Positions 1 to 10,009 of a stretch of 64,000 bases of DNA are shown one piece after another; positions within the stretch are counted from its first letter, which is position 1, and each line of letters begins with the position of its first letter. A program made the translations under genes and the position numbers. Location of the stretch: the IMG/VR virus record IMGVR_UViG_3300017748_000005, positions 5,519-69,518 of that record, one strand, 5' to 3'. This DNA comes from a virus. Under the pieces are notes generated by a model, which saw only the letters and a program-made list of their open reading frames with translations, searched no databases and had not been told where the DNA came from.

Positions 1-313
1 CATATTCTTCTGGTTGTCCCTGATATAACTTTGTAGTTATGCTTATATCTTGCGCTTCCCGAGTGAAGGCGTCCACATCCTTCAACCTATACCAAGCTGC
101 GGCGTAATAAAATTCCAGTCCCTTACGCCACCTTGTCCAATTACTATCAAGGTCAAATTGTTCAATAGCTGATCTTGTAACGGAAGACCCAAAACTATTG
201 CTTGACGGGTAATACCCTTGTCCGCGTCTCCCCTTCCCTTTATCAACTCGGTTATTTATGCTTTTGAATTGATTAGAGTTTGTTGGTCCCCAGCCATTCT
301 TTTTTCTAGGCAT
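1..313 (-). CDS. Hypothetical protein, 3' end outside window
   Basis: ATG at 313 (MPRKKNGWGPTNS...), frame open to the window edge, co-oriented with the virion module. Confidence 0.6.
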   Translation of the reverse strand, partial: MPRKKNGWGPTNSNQFKSINNRVDKGKGRRGQGYYPSSNSFGSSVTRSAIEQFDLDSNWTRWRKGLEFYYAAAWYRLKDVDAFTREAQDISITTKLYQGQPEEY

Positions 314-314
314 A

Positions 315-442
315 CTACATTGCTACGCTAACTACAGTAGTTATCTATATACCCTATATTTTAATCCTATTCGCTGTCTCCCCCCTACTAACCTTTTCTA
401 GAGATTTATATAGCAGTAGGGGTAGTTAGCGTAGTTTTGTAG
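315..442. repeat. CTAC-triplet inverted-repeat element, copy 1
   Basis: Left arm ctacattgctacgctaactac (315-335), right arm gtagttagcgtagttttgtag (422-442), core with ctatata/tatatag; fills the whole intergenic gap. Confidence 0.85.
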
Positions 443-443
443 T

Positions 444-956
444 TTAGAAGAAGCCGCCACTCACGCCTAGGAGCGGTGCATTAGTCACGTTGTCTTGGAG
501 GTTACTTGTTAGCCGTGCAGCCCACAAGTTCTTACCTTTAGGTACGTAGAAGCCGGTGTTCTTCTGCACACTGCCCACAGCAGGCACAGGAGCCAATACA
601 AAAGGCATGTCCGTTGAATGGACCCAGTTCCCCAATGTTGAAGCTGCAATCAAACTTCCTACGTAAATACCGCCACTAACAGCAGCGGCACTTTGAGAAG
701 GAGGACGCAAAAAGTCGTTATCAGATGACAGATAAAGATTAATTTGATAGCTGTTACTATTTCCATCTTGACCACGTGAAATGGCATAGATGTCTTCAAT
801 CACAGCTCCATCATTAGACGTACAGTTCAGTACCAACTGCGCAAAGTTCGTACCAGAAACGTCAGTCTGAAGGATGGTTGCGTCATTCATACTGTAAACC
901 TCGTTAAATACGCGGTCTACTAGCAGAGGTTGCTTATTAGTAGAAGTTGATGCCAT
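444..956 (-). CDS. Hypothetical virion-module protein
   Basis: 170-aa ORF coupled to neighbour; no recognised motif. Confidence 0.6.
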   Translation of the reverse strand: MASTSTNKQPLLVDRVFNEVYSMNDATILQTDVSGTNFAQLVLNCTSNDGAVIEDIYAISRGQDGNSNSYQINLYLSSDNDFLRPPSQSAAAVSGGIYVGSLIAASTLGNWVHSTDMPFVLAPVPAVGSVQKNTGFYVPKGKNLWAARLTSNLQDNVTNAPLLGVSGGFF

Positions 957-1597
957 TACTTTTTACCTTTCTTTTGTCCTGTTTTTTTCATATCGTTACC
1001 CGGAGCAAGGGCCAGTCCGTTGGGACTTGAGAAGTCCGTACTGGGCATTCCTTGAAGAGGAAGTGATCCCATCCTAGCAGGAGGTTCAGGCATTTGACCT
1101 AAATTTGTAGGGCTTCCAATGAATCCCATAGGGCCAATTTCAGAGGGTGGGATACCATCAGGTGAATTTCGCATTGAGGTTCTTGTTGCCGCCTCGGCGG
1201 TGTAATTACCTCCCATCTGGTTATATATTTCAGAAGGTGTTGCTGGCAATCCATCACCTGCAGCATTCAAACCACGGCGTCCACTAAACTCAGCACGTAG
1301 TCCAGAGTTGCCAACCATTCCTGAGACATATCCCATTCGGCCCGGAACGTCAGGCTGAACCTGTTCTCCAAATAAATATTGGTTTGTATATCCATCAACG
1401 TTGGTACCACCGGCTGGTTGTTCCCTGAAGTTATTGGGATTCAAGTCCTGGTTGTTTGGTCCCTGGTCCATTCCTGCCTGTGGACGCAGAGGAATATTGC
1501 CTTGTGGAGCACCCGGCATGTTGGAGTTATTTCGACGAGTACCCTGAGGTCCCATCATTGCTTCTCGACGCTGTCTCTTTGCTTCATTCATGATCAA
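956..1597 (-). CDS. Gly/Pro/Met-rich low-complexity protein
   Basis: 213-aa ORF with overlapping start/stop junctions. Confidence 0.6.
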   Translation of the reverse strand: MIMNEAKRQRREAMMGPQGTRRNNSNMPGAPQGNIPLRPQAGMDQGPNNQDLNPNNFREQPAGGTNVDGYTNQYLFGEQVQPDVPGRMGYVSGMVGNSGLRAEFSGRRGLNAAGDGLPATPSEIYNQMGGNYTAEAATRTSMRNSPDGIPPSEIGPMGFIGSPTNLGQMPEPPARMGSLPLQGMPSTDFSSPNGLALAPGNDMKKTGQKKGKK

Positions 1598-2046
1598 GCT
1601 CGGTTGATTTGCTGACGGTTGTTGTATCCGGGAAACTGAATTCCAGCAGCGATACCCTGCACACGCATAGCTGCGTTTTGACCAATGGAGCGAGGATCGT
1701 CATGTGGAGAACTGGTGGCTGACATACCATTCTCAGGACCAAACCCCGTCTGATTGTTGTAATCAGTGGTTACCGCATTCCCCATTGAATCGTTGTTGGG
1801 CTGAAAATTACCTTTTTCACCACCAACACTTTGACCAGTAGTCAAGTTAGTGTTTGCATATTGAGGATGACGATGAGCTGATACAACAGTCCCGCTCCCT
1901 TCGGTAGCCATTTGTTGCATGCCAAAGATGAAGGCGTTATCTTGCAAAGCCTGTGCTTCTGCGAGCTTTGACCGATAGTCACCATCCCCTTTAATGCGAA
2001 TGGGAACGTTTCCATAGTTAAACGCCCCGCCTCCTCTATTCGACAT
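1594..2046 (-). CDS. Gly/Asn/Gln-rich hypothetical protein
   Basis: 150-aa ORF; TAGAAT -10-like hexamer 26 nt upstream. Confidence 0.6.
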   Translation of the reverse strand: MSNRGGGAFNYGNVPIRIKGDGDYRSKLAEAQALQDNAFIFGMQQMATEGSGTVVSAHRHPQYANTNLTTGQSVGGEKGNFQPNNDSMGNAVTTDYNNQTGFGPENGMSATSSPHDDPRSIGQNAAMRVQGIAAGIQFPGYNNRQQINRA

Positions 2047-2081
2047 AATTTTGCAAATATCTTTCTAGATATATTCTACAC

Positions 2082-2564
2082 TTAGCGCCAAATCTGATTA
2101 AGCATAATTCGTGAACCTACCGCTGTATCTGCTGGCCCGGGCACAGCCATGATAAATTCAGCACCACTTCTTTCAAATGCATACCTTCTATATTCTGGGC
2201 GACGGTAGTTAGGCACGTATAGTGTTTCTGCCATTCGATCTACTTCTCTTAAATAAATTTCTCGAAAATATTCATCACCTTTCAATGGGTCAGAGGTTGC
2301 CATCGTTCGTTGAACGTCACCAGCTATCTGCTCTAACCGACTGTAGTTTGGACTACCGTTAGCATCTCTAGGGAAGTATTCAGAGTTTTCCCAAGCAGTA
2401 TCACATCGGCGAACATGATTAATAATCTGGTTATAGAAAAACTCATCTGGTATTACAGATAGAGCTTCTTCTAGGCGTGATCGATCACCTGCTGGGATTT
2501 GTGAACCAGAGTTGAATCCAAGGTGGAAACGCACTTTTGACTTATTAAACTCATCTAGTTCCAT
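2082..2564 (-). CDS. Hypothetical protein, possibly head completion/adaptor
   Basis: 160-aa globular-looking ORF downstream of capsid genes; function inferred from position only. Confidence 0.5.
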   Translation of the reverse strand: MELDEFNKSKVRFHLGFNSGSQIPAGDRSRLEEALSVIPDEFFYNQIINHVRRCDTAWENSEYFPRDANGSPNYSRLEQIAGDVQRTMATSDPLKGDEYFREIYLREVDRMAETLYVPNYRRPEYRRYAFERSGAEFIMAVPGPADTAVGSRIMLNQIWR

Positions 2565-2950
2565 TACGCAATACCCATTTTACTTACTTGGTCTGCCATC
2601 AAGAGTTGCATTCTTAGCTTGTCTTCTTCAGTTGCAGTCCCAGCCATTTCAGCTGCAAGAATCCGTGCTTCTTCTGAGTTGGCCAACATTTTATTTCTTA
2701 TATCTTCGCCTAATTCTCCTCCAAGCGCTGCTCCAGCAAAGAGTCCTGTTAATCTAAATCCTGGTTTAAAACGATTATTTGTACCACGAAGATGGCCAAT
2801 ACCTCGGCCTACTGGATGTAAGAGTTGACCAGAAGTAAGTCCAATAAGTGCTCCTGCTAGAGAGCCGCCAGCTTGTGCAACTTCGGGTGAACGTATTCCG
2901 CTACCTTTCTCTTTAAGTGCTGCCAGTAGCAACATCTCTTGTTCACTCAT
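2564..2950 (-). CDS. Gly/Ala-rich hypothetical protein
   Basis: 128-aa ORF with glycine-zipper-like segments. Confidence 0.55.
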   Translation of the reverse strand: MSEQEMLLLAALKEKGSGIRSPEVAQAGGSLAGALIGLTSGQLLHPVGRGIGHLRGTNNRFKPGFRLTGLFAGAALGGELGEDIRNKMLANSEEARILAAEMAGTATEEDKLRMQLLMADQVSKMGIA

Positions 2951-2979
2951 CTTACTGCCGCATGATTACTTATAGTTTA

Positions 2980-3414
2980 TCAAGCAATGAAAATTAGATC
3001 ATCTGCAATCAGCTGTTCCCAGTTAACACGGGGGATATTTTCTAGCTGCTTCAGATTGCTAAACCGCTCACCAGAGAGTGAACAACGTAGTTCAACAATG
3101 CGCTTTGCAGTTGCATACCCCACGCCAGGCAGTCGCTTGGCAATCAGTTCTGGGGGTGCCAGATTCAAGTTAAGACGGGTGTCATTCAGAGGAACAACGC
3201 GCTCCGGCATTTGCTCTTCTTCTGTTTTTTGAATCTGTGGAGCTTCGACTTTCGCGAGGCGACCCTTCTCGGTATCGTATGGAATAAGTGAATCAAGATC
3301 TACATACTTGATTGCACCGTCTCCAGTACGAACCATTGCATATTCACCGTCGTGCTTTGAGATAAATTCGACAAGCGCTCCAGTCTTCTCGTCCTGAAAA
3401 AGATTGCTAGACAT
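2980..3414 (-). CDS. Helix-hairpin-helix DNA-binding domain protein
   Basis: LNLNLAPPELIAKRLPGVGYATAKRIVELR...RFSNLKQLENIPRV resembles a ComEA-type HhH domain. Confidence 0.75.
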   Translation of the reverse strand: MSSNLFQDEKTGALVEFISKHDGEYAMVRTGDGAIKYVDLDSLIPYDTEKGRLAKVEAPQIQKTEEEQMPERVVPLNDTRLNLNLAPPELIAKRLPGVGYATAKRIVELRCSLSGERFSNLKQLENIPRVNWEQLIADDLIFIA

Positions 3415-3449
3415 TAGGGTATTTCGTCTTCTTACTTATTATAAGCCAC

Positions 3450-3474
3450 AAAAAAAGCACCCCCGTAGGAGTGC
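3450..3474 (-). terminator. Intrinsic terminator after capsid operon
   Basis: Minus strand gcactcc-TACG-ggggtgc-ttttttt. Confidence 0.75.
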
Positions 3475-3497
3475 CTTTCTTGAGTTGATTTAAGAGA

Positions 3498-4052
3498 TCA
3501 GGAACCCTGACCAGCTTCAATCTTGTAACCGAGATGGACATCTTCTGCATCAGGCGCAGGAGAATCCAAGTAGTAGCAGACTTCTACAATCACAGCGGCA
3601 GTATCACCAGCATCGACGACATTAAGGTCGGCGGAAGCAGTGGCGGTCACACCAGTGGCAGAGCCAAGTGCGGACAGCTGAGTAGAAGGGTCGTAGCTGC
3701 TAGCTGCACCATCAGGGAACGCACCACTAGAAGCAGTGAGTGTTACACCACCGGAGATTCCGGTAGCCTGAACGGTCGCAGAACCAGTAGAAGACAGGTT
3801 CTTAGTGTTAACAGCAGTGCGATAGATCTTGGCACCAGCAGGGATGGTCAAGGTCTTATCCAAACGAGGCTTGTCGTCGCCGCGTTGGTCAGGTGAAGGT
3901 ACGACCAAAGGCAGGGTGCCAGAAGACACGGTGCCGTTTGCCACATACACACCAATGACGCGGTAGAACTCAACGCCTGGAAGTGCTTCAACGCCTTGGG
4001 CCTTGTAAGCATTCAGATGGGTAACGTAGTTACCGGGAAAAATGACGGACAT
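3498..4052 (-). CDS. Putative capsid decoration/minor capsid protein
   Basis: 184-aa beta-rich ORF directly after the MCP, same codon bias, followed by terminator. Confidence 0.55.
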   Translation of the reverse strand: MSVIFPGNYVTHLNAYKAQGVEALPGVEFYRVIGVYVANGTVSSGTLPLVVPSPDQRGDDKPRLDKTLTIPAGAKIYRTAVNTKNLSSTGSATVQATGISGGVTLTASSGAFPDGAASSYDPSTQLSALGSATGVTATASADLNVVDAGDTAAVIVEVCYYLDSPAPDAEDVHLGYKIEAGQGS

Positions 4053-4063
4053 TGTTAATTACC

Positions 4064-5212
4064 TCAATATACGAAAGAGTAACCAACAGTGATGAAGTCC
4101 TTATTCAGAACTTCAAATCCGGCAAACAGAGACCAGATCATGATGATGAAACGAGAGAAATCGTCGTTATTGTTCAACAGGATCTGAGCGTTGTTGCCAC
4201 CGATGCCCACGCCAACAGCCTGAGGGCCGAAGAAGATCAGCTGGCTAGCTGCATAATCAGCAGCAGAAGCGTCAGAGTCAGCAACCACAAGGTTGTAGTT
4301 GGTCTCAGGGAGGTTGGTGGACTCGAACCAGCGGACGCCTTCGAAAAGGAAGCCAGAAGGCATAACGGGTTGTCCAGCAACGAAGCCAGCCTGACCGTAT
4401 GCAGGACCCATGCCTTGGTAGAAGTTGGCGTTAGGGGCTTCAGCAGGAGACATCGGGTTGATCATTCCGCTACCGGGGTAACGAGCGATCTCACGGAAGT
4501 CACTGTTTTGACGGAGATGCATCATCGCGGTTGGATCCACGATGCAGCGGTAGTAACCATCAGAGAAGGTAGGAACATTGCGCTTACGCATGTCCTTAAC
4601 CACCTCAAGCAGGTCGGTGGTGACATCGAACTTGGCAGATTCACCAGTTCCGTAGGTCACACCCAGGGTTCCACCGGAACCACCTTTGGCCTTACCACCG
4701 GGCAGGTAGTAACCACCTTGATCCTTAGAAGCAGCACCGTTGGCTTCTGCTTTCAAGAGTTCGTTAGCGAACACACGGTCGCGCCAGCGGCGATAGTCAT
4801 CCAGAAGGGTCAGTGAACCGATCGACTGGTGGAAGACGTTCAGGTTGCCAGTGTCGAGAAGCAGACGCTGAGCAGTGATCAGGGTCTCACGGGCTACCTT
4901 GAAGGTAGAAGGTTGAGCAGAATCGCGGGTATCAGCAGGTCCGGTGTACTCACGAAGAGTTACCAGAACCTTGTCCTTAACGATGTTACGTGCGGAAGAA
5001 GTTCCAAGTGTTTGGTCGGCAGTACGCTCACGAGACTCCTTGGTGCCAGGCTTACCCCAGAAGCGATAGCGGTCCAGTTGAACTGTCTGGCCGGGTTGCT
5101 TGCTGAAGTCATGTACCACCACAGGTTCCACAGCCATCTCAATGATGTATGCCGGGTGCGGACGGTAAAGTTCTGCACCAAGAAGCTTCGGAAAATCATT
5201 ATCAATCCACAT
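4064..5212 (-). CDS. Major capsid protein (N4-gp56-like family by motif)
   Basis: 382 aa; PGQTVQLDRY, YRCIVDP, GVRWFESTN and LIFFGPQAVG motifs; strong codon bias. Confidence 0.8.
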   Translation of the reverse strand: MWIDNDFPKLLGAELYRPHPAYIIEMAVEPVVVHDFSKQPGQTVQLDRYRFWGKPGTKESRERTADQTLGTSSARNIVKDKVLVTLREYTGPADTRDSAQPSTFKVARETLITAQRLLLDTGNLNVFHQSIGSLTLLDDYRRWRDRVFANELLKAEANGAASKDQGGYYLPGGKAKGGSGGTLGVTYGTGESAKFDVTTDLLEVVKDMRKRNVPTFSDGYYRCIVDPTAMMHLRQNSDFREIARYPGSGMINPMSPAEAPNANFYQGMGPAYGQAGFVAGQPVMPSGFLFEGVRWFESTNLPETNYNLVVADSDASAADYAASQLIFFGPQAVGVGIGGNNAQILLNNNDDFSRFIIMIWSLFAGFEVLNKDFITVGYSFVY

Positions 5213-5315
5213 GGGATAATAACTCCAAAACTAAAAGGTTTATTGCGACGTGTTTGTCACATACATCAACTATATATGTGTTTAAGATAATATATAAGAT
5301 ATACCTCAAAATACT

Positions 5316-5684
5316 GTGGTTATGGAATTTATAGATAGCAATGAATGGGTGCCTATTCATACCCTCCCAGGATTTGAATGCTGCATTGAATATTACGTAA
5401 GTAAGACCGGATTAGTTAAATCTACCAAGGGTTTAGTTGAGAGAGTGCTTAAACCTAAAACCAGTAAACGCGGATATCTATCTGTTAATCTAACTCAACG
5501 TATTGGACGTAAAACTACAATATCAGTTTATATTCATAAGCTGGTAGCTTTGGCTTTCCTGCCAACTGCACCTACTCCTTATGGACGTAAAAAAGGCTGT
5601 AGCGGTATTACTCATATCAATGGAGATCGTTCCAATTGCAGCGTAGGTAATTTAAAGTGGTCTACTCGTAATCATCTACAATAG
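5316..5684 (+). CDS. NUMOD4/HNH homing endonuclease-like protein
   Basis: EWVPI..YYVSKTG.VKS, GYLSVNL, IHKLVALAFL, HINGDRSNCSVGNLKW. Confidence 0.75.
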   Translation: MVMEFIDSNEWVPIHTLPGFECCIEYYVSKTGLVKSTKGLVERVLKPKTSKRGYLSVNLTQRIGRKTTISVYIHKLVALAFLPTAPTPYGRKKGCSGITHINGDRSNCSVGNLKWSTRNHLQ

Positions 5685-5712
5685 AAATACTGCTTCAATA
5701 TATAAACCTATC

Positions 5713-6372
5713 ATGGCTGACAGACTTACCCTCAAAGGTTATAAAGTAGTTACCGGACAGACAGGCTCTGACCTTAGTTGGGTTCAGCCTATGAAAGGAG
5801 GTGACTTTCACTTATTTCCTCGTTGGTGGAACAAGAAAAACACTGTGCAGTATGAGGCCGTAACTATTTTTAGACTTTCTCGGGCTGCGGGAGATCTTGA
5901 TATTGTAATCCCTACATCACTTCAATCTAAACTTGAAATTATGTGGGATGATGCAACTGAATCATTTAAGTTTCCTTACCACCGAGGAATCGAACGCATT
6001 GGTATATATGCAGCGAATGGGTCAACATTGCTACAGGAATATCAGTTCTCTCGCATCGCTGGAGGTTCTGTACTGAAACGCTCTCTGACTAATTTGCCTT
6101 CGCCTACTATTGGCAATGCATCTATTACCGGATCTGCCACAGCTGATGTTGGAATTTCCCAGAACTACTCAATTGCTTTTGATGGTGATGCAGGAGATGC
6201 TGTCTACGCATGGACCACATCAGATAGCTCAGCAGCATTGTTGAATGAGAACACCGCTACATTAAGCGTAGTCTTCAGTGCTGAGGGTGATTACGACATT
6301 TCTTGCACAATCACTTCTGTTCTTTCTAGTGATACTCCAGTCGCTGAAACCTTCTCAGTAACTGCTACCTAA
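5713..6372 (+). CDS. Putative virion protein with C-terminal Ig/PKD-like domain
   Basis: C-terminal ITGSATA..YSI..YAWT..VVFSAEGDYDISCTIT pattern. Confidence 0.55.
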   Translation: MADRLTLKGYKVVTGQTGSDLSWVQPMKGGDFHLFPRWWNKKNTVQYEAVTIFRLSRAAGDLDIVIPTSLQSKLEIMWDDATESFKFPYHRGIERIGIYAANGSTLLQEYQFSRIAGGSVLKRSLTNLPSPTIGNASITGSATADVGISQNYSIAFDGDAGDAVYAWTTSDSSAALLNENTATLSVVFSAEGDYDISCTITSVLSSDTPVAETFSVTAT

Positions 6373-7059
6373 TTTAGTAAGCACTGAATCTCTCTCACTT
6401 GCGTTTAGATCAAGCAAAGAGACATACCTTTCACCGATCGTCACTCTTATTTTGTAAGGGAGGCGTCGGTTTTTTCTTGCGTGGATGCCTACAAAGAAAC
6501 ACCCTTGTGAAGAGACAAATGCATTGTCATCTGACACGGGGTGCCGATCTTCAGTGTATAACGTGATATCTACGTGATTGTCTATATAGATATTGTTAGT
6601 TCCAATGTTTTCCAGTTGAATGTCTACTATTGGCAAGTAGAGCTGAGCAAGAGGTGAGAATAGAGTGGATGGAGCATAGTCATTGACTGATGACAAATCT
6701 AAGCTATCGTTTAACGCTGCTCCTGTATACACACTAGTTTCGGCAAGTGGAAGAACCAAGTGTGGTATGTACCCATCAGAATCAGCTTTCACATTTGTAA
6801 GATCAGTTGGGAGAGATTCATTCAAAATATTCAAATCAATTTTAATGAATTCATTCTCAACGCCAAAGAGACCTACTTCTCCTGTAAGAATAAAGGTTGA
6901 CGGAGCAACCGTGACCCGGCGTGAATTTGCATTAACTAAGGTATTACCACTGGAATAGTTGATCGACTTGTTAGCCGAAACATTGGCAGGGTTTGTATTG
7001 TCGCTACCACCGTAAGTGTTACGTATTCGCCTAACAGCATCAGTTACATCCTGTCTCAT
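6355..7059 (-). CDS. Hypothetical protein
   Basis: 234-aa ORF. Confidence 0.55.
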   Translation of the reverse strand: MRQDVTDAVRRIRNTYGGSDNTNPANVSANKSINYSSGNTLVNANSRRVTVAPSTFILTGEVGLFGVENEFIKIDLNILNESLPTDLTNVKADSDGYIPHLVLPLAETSVYTGAALNDSLDLSSVNDYAPSTLFSPLAQLYLPIVDIQLENIGTNNIYIDNHVDITLYTEDRHPVSDDNAFVSSQGCFFVGIHARKNRRLPYKIRVTIGERYVSLLDLNASERDSVLTKLGSSY

Positions 7060-7106
7060 GTCAACCCATACTTAGGTGGTATCTCTATTTTAAACTACAT
7101 ACATTC

Positions 7107-8045
7107 TCATAGATATTCTGCGATTTGACTGCCATTTTCACGCAGACTTCTTAATGCCTTGTGTTCAAGAGTTCGCACGCGATCACGACTCATATTGAGT
7201 ACCTGCCCAATCGCGGTCATAGATAGTGGCTCCAAAATCTCATCACCAATTCCATAACGCATGCTAATTACTTCTGCTTGCAATCTAGGCAGCATCGTAA
7301 TTTCATTTCGAATATCTTCTTTAATGCACGCTGCTTCTAAGTTAATGTCTGGAGTCTGATCTTCATCTTCCAGCATGTCCACAAGCGCTGTGTCGTGGTT
7401 CTCTCCAATCTTGATTTCTAAAGATGTTGGTTGACGAGCCTTGCACATCAAGTCTTTGACCTCATCTTGTGTCATGTTTAACTCTTCGGCCAGTTCAGCT
7501 ACGGTTGGTAAATATCCATTGAGCTGACTCAATTCACGCTGGGCTTTCTTAAGTTTGTTGAGGTTCTCCGTAACGTGGATTGGTAGGCGGATCGCTCTAC
7601 TCTTCTCCGCGATGGCACGAGTGATCCCTTGGCGAATCCACCAATATGCGTAGGTAGAAAACTTATAGCCACGACCAGGATCAAACTTTTCAACACCACG
7701 GATAAGGCCAATTGTTCCCTCTTGAATGATATCCAAAAGTTCCATATTCCGTTTCGTATACTTCTTTGCAACACTAACGACCAACCGTAAGTTTGCAGTA
7801 ACCATTTTGTCTTTCGCTCGGGCACCATCACGAAGCTCACGCAATACTTGCCGAACTGGTATATCAAGTGATTCAGCTAAACCTGCATTGTCAAGTTCAA
7901 GCTCTTTCTTCATTTCGTTCAGTTCAATAAGTCTTTGAACTTTTCGACCAAGCAAAATCTCTTCATCATGAGCAAGCAAGGGTATCCTGCCAATGTCCTT
8001 AAGATAAGCTCTTACTGGATCACTAGTTATTTTTTGTTGGGGCAT
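7107..8045 (-). CDS. Phage-encoded RpoD-like (sigma70) RNA polymerase sigma factor
   Basis: DPVRAYLKDIGRIPLL, ANLRLVVSVAKKY, KFDPGRGYKFSTYAYWWIRQGITRAIA, SRDRVRTLEHKAL; lacks region 1.1. Confidence 0.95.
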   Translation of the reverse strand: MPQQKITSDPVRAYLKDIGRIPLLAHDEEILLGRKVQRLIELNEMKKELELDNAGLAESLDIPVRQVLRELRDGARAKDKMVTANLRLVVSVAKKYTKRNMELLDIIQEGTIGLIRGVEKFDPGRGYKFSTYAYWWIRQGITRAIAEKSRAIRLPIHVTENLNKLKKAQRELSQLNGYLPTVAELAEELNMTQDEVKDLMCKARQPTSLEIKIGENHDTALVDMLEDEDQTPDINLEAACIKEDIRNEITMLPRLQAEVISMRYGIGDEILEPLSMTAIGQVLNMSRDRVRTLEHKALRSLRENGSQIAEYL

Positions 8046-8094
8046 ATTTTCACTTAAAGTATGCTTTAATTCTATACCCTAAATGTTATTTTGT

Positions 8095-8400
8095 CTATCC
8101 CCTTAGCATCGCAAATCTAACACTTTCGATCGGAGGCTCTTCTCTGCCCTCCATACTCTCCACTGCCATTGCCTGTGCAGCATGTTCGTTAAATCCTTTG
8201 GATTTGTAGTTTGCTAAGTATTTTTCATATAGCTCAATCGAGCTATCAAAATCTTCGCCATGATTTATCATCTCAGCTGCCAGGTGATTGGCAGCTTGAT
8301 CTTCCACTCCATCAGATTTTAGATGCTTCCATATAGCCTGAAATACTTCAGGAGATACTTCACTTTCATCGCCAGCAAATCTTTCGCAAGAGCAACCCAC
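8095..8400 (-). CDS. Hypothetical protein
   Basis: 101-aa ORF, GTG start, TACAAT 23 nt upstream. Confidence 0.55.
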   Translation of the reverse strand: MGCSCERFAGDESEVSPEVFQAIWKHLKSDGVEDQAANHLAAEMINHGEDFDSSIELYEKYLANYKSKGFNEHAAQAMAVESMEGREEPPIESVRFAMLRG

Positions 8401-8444
8401 AGCTTTATATATTCACTATCAATATTGTAGTAAATTTATATTTA

Positions 8445-8903
8445 TCAAGCCATTTTTGGTACGCCTAGATTTTGGCCTTTTCTCAAACGTGCTTTAAATT
8501 CGGGTCCAGCCATTGGGTCCGAAGTAACAGCGTGAAGTTCACTCAAGTACTTACCACCTGACGGGGTGGTGTTCTCAATAATGTTTGCCATCAACGAATT
8601 GAGTCCAGTCTGAACTTTATGCTTTTTATCGCTATCGGCTAGCCTCATTTCACGTATATCATCGTTGGCCTTAATCAGTTCGCCAGGACCCATGGCCAAT
8701 TCCATATCGCGCCGTTGGTTCTGCAACATGTAATTTTGCTGTGCAAAAGCTTGATTCTCAGCTTCAACCTTTGAGGCAAGCCCACCATCATCACGTCCGC
8801 TTAAACCTTGGCCTCCAGGCATCATTGCGCCGTAGCCACGCATTGCTTCGTTGTCATTCATCTCATGACGAGAAGGACCACCGGGACGCATTAAGAAACT
8901 CAT
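8445..8903 (-). CDS. Met/Gly-rich hypothetical protein
   Basis: 152-aa ORF, TACAAT 24 nt upstream. Confidence 0.55.
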   Translation of the reverse strand: MSFLMRPGGPSRHEMNDNEAMRGYGAMMPGGQGLSGRDDGGLASKVEAENQAFAQQNYMLQNQRRDMELAMGPGELIKANDDIREMRLADSDKKHKVQTGLNSLMANIIENTTPSGGKYLSELHAVTSDPMAGPEFKARLRKGQNLGVPKMA

Positions 8904-8968
8904 GTCTACTTACTGTTCATTATTTATATTGTAGGGGATGTGAATACAACCCCTACGTTTTACTTAGA

Positions 8969-10009
8969 TCACATGTCTTGGATCAGAGCCTTGGTCTGGA
9001 ATGCAGCGCCAGGAGCCTGTGACAGGTACTTCCATGCATTCTCAGGAGAGGAATCCATCATCTCGCTGAATCCGTTCCAGAAGTTACGAGCATCGTTACC
9101 GGGTGCCTGTCCTGGAGTTGGCATTTCCATTTGAGGACGCTGGAATGCTGCAGGAACTTGGCGTTGCTCTTGAGCTGCAATTTCAGCTTCAAACTGAGCA
9201 CGTGCGTTGTGAGCGGCAGATGCGGCTGCTTCTTCGGCAGTCTCGGTCGGATAAGGACCATTTGCACCGAAGAAGTCGTTGACGTAATCAGCAAGAATGT
9301 CTGGATCAGTCAGCATGATGTTCATAGCTGCACGCTCTTCACCGGCTGCATTCAGCATCAGGTTCATTGCCTGGCCAGTCTTGACTTGCTCGATCAGAGC
9401 ATCTTCAACAGCGCATGCATACTCATTAAGCAGAGCAGGAGCTTCTGCACCAAAATGCTCAAGAACCTCAAGGCTTGTATCGGAGACTTGGCTCAGATAT
9501 GAATCACTTGCGCTTCCTGCGGCTTGAGCCTGTTGGACGCTGGGGCTGCTGAGGTACTGGGCTTGAGCCAGGGCGGCCAATTGGGCCTGGTCCGCGAGCA
9601 CCTGCTCCGAATACGCCGGGGTTGAAGCTTGGGGACTGAACGTCTGGGGTGCCGAATACTGGGCTTGCTGCTGTTGCTGAATTGAACCCAAGGGTGCTTG
9701 GAAGCTGGCCTGTGGGGTCGGTGTCTGGTAAGCCGAGTACGGAGCCTGGGCTTGGGATTGGCTGGGCGTATTCAGACTTGCGCTCAAAGCCTGGAAGGCT
9801 TCCTGCCATGGATTGCCCTGAGCTGCCGGGGCCGCCTGCTGTTGGTAAACCGGAGCCGGAGCTGCCGGTGCTTGAACCGTCGTCGGTGACGCCTGGTAGC
9901 TTAATCCTGCGCTCATCGCGGATGGACTGGCCGCGCTCGGAGCGGAGCCTGTCGGCATCGCTGAGCTTGCTGGGGCGGTTGTCGCTACTGCTTGGTTGAT
10001 ACCTTCCAC
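8969..10009 (-). CDS. Putative capsid scaffold protein
   Basis: 346-aa Ala/Gln/Pro-rich acidic helical protein right after the portal; GTG start. Confidence 0.55.
   Translation of the reverse strand: MEGINQAVATTAPASSAMPTGSAPSAASPSAMSAGLSYQASPTTVQAPAAPAPVYQQQAAPAAQGNPWQEAFQALSASLNTPSQSQAQAPYSAYQTPTPQASFQAPLGSIQQQQQAQYSAPQTFSPQASTPAYSEQVLADQAQLAALAQAQYLSSPSVQQAQAAGSASDSYLSQVSDTSLEVLEHFGAEAPALLNEYACAVEDALIEQVKTGQAMNLMLNAAGEERAAMNIMLTDPDILADYVNDFFGANGPYPTETAEEAAASAAHNARAQFEAEIAAQEQRQVPAAFQRPQMEMPTPGQAPGNDARNFWNGFSEMMDSSPENAWKYLSQAPGAAFQTKALIQDM

Noticed and set aside
4052-5290. Long plus-strand ORFs 4052-4816 and 4829-5290
   Set aside because: Antisense shadows of the codon-biased capsid gene; no motifs.
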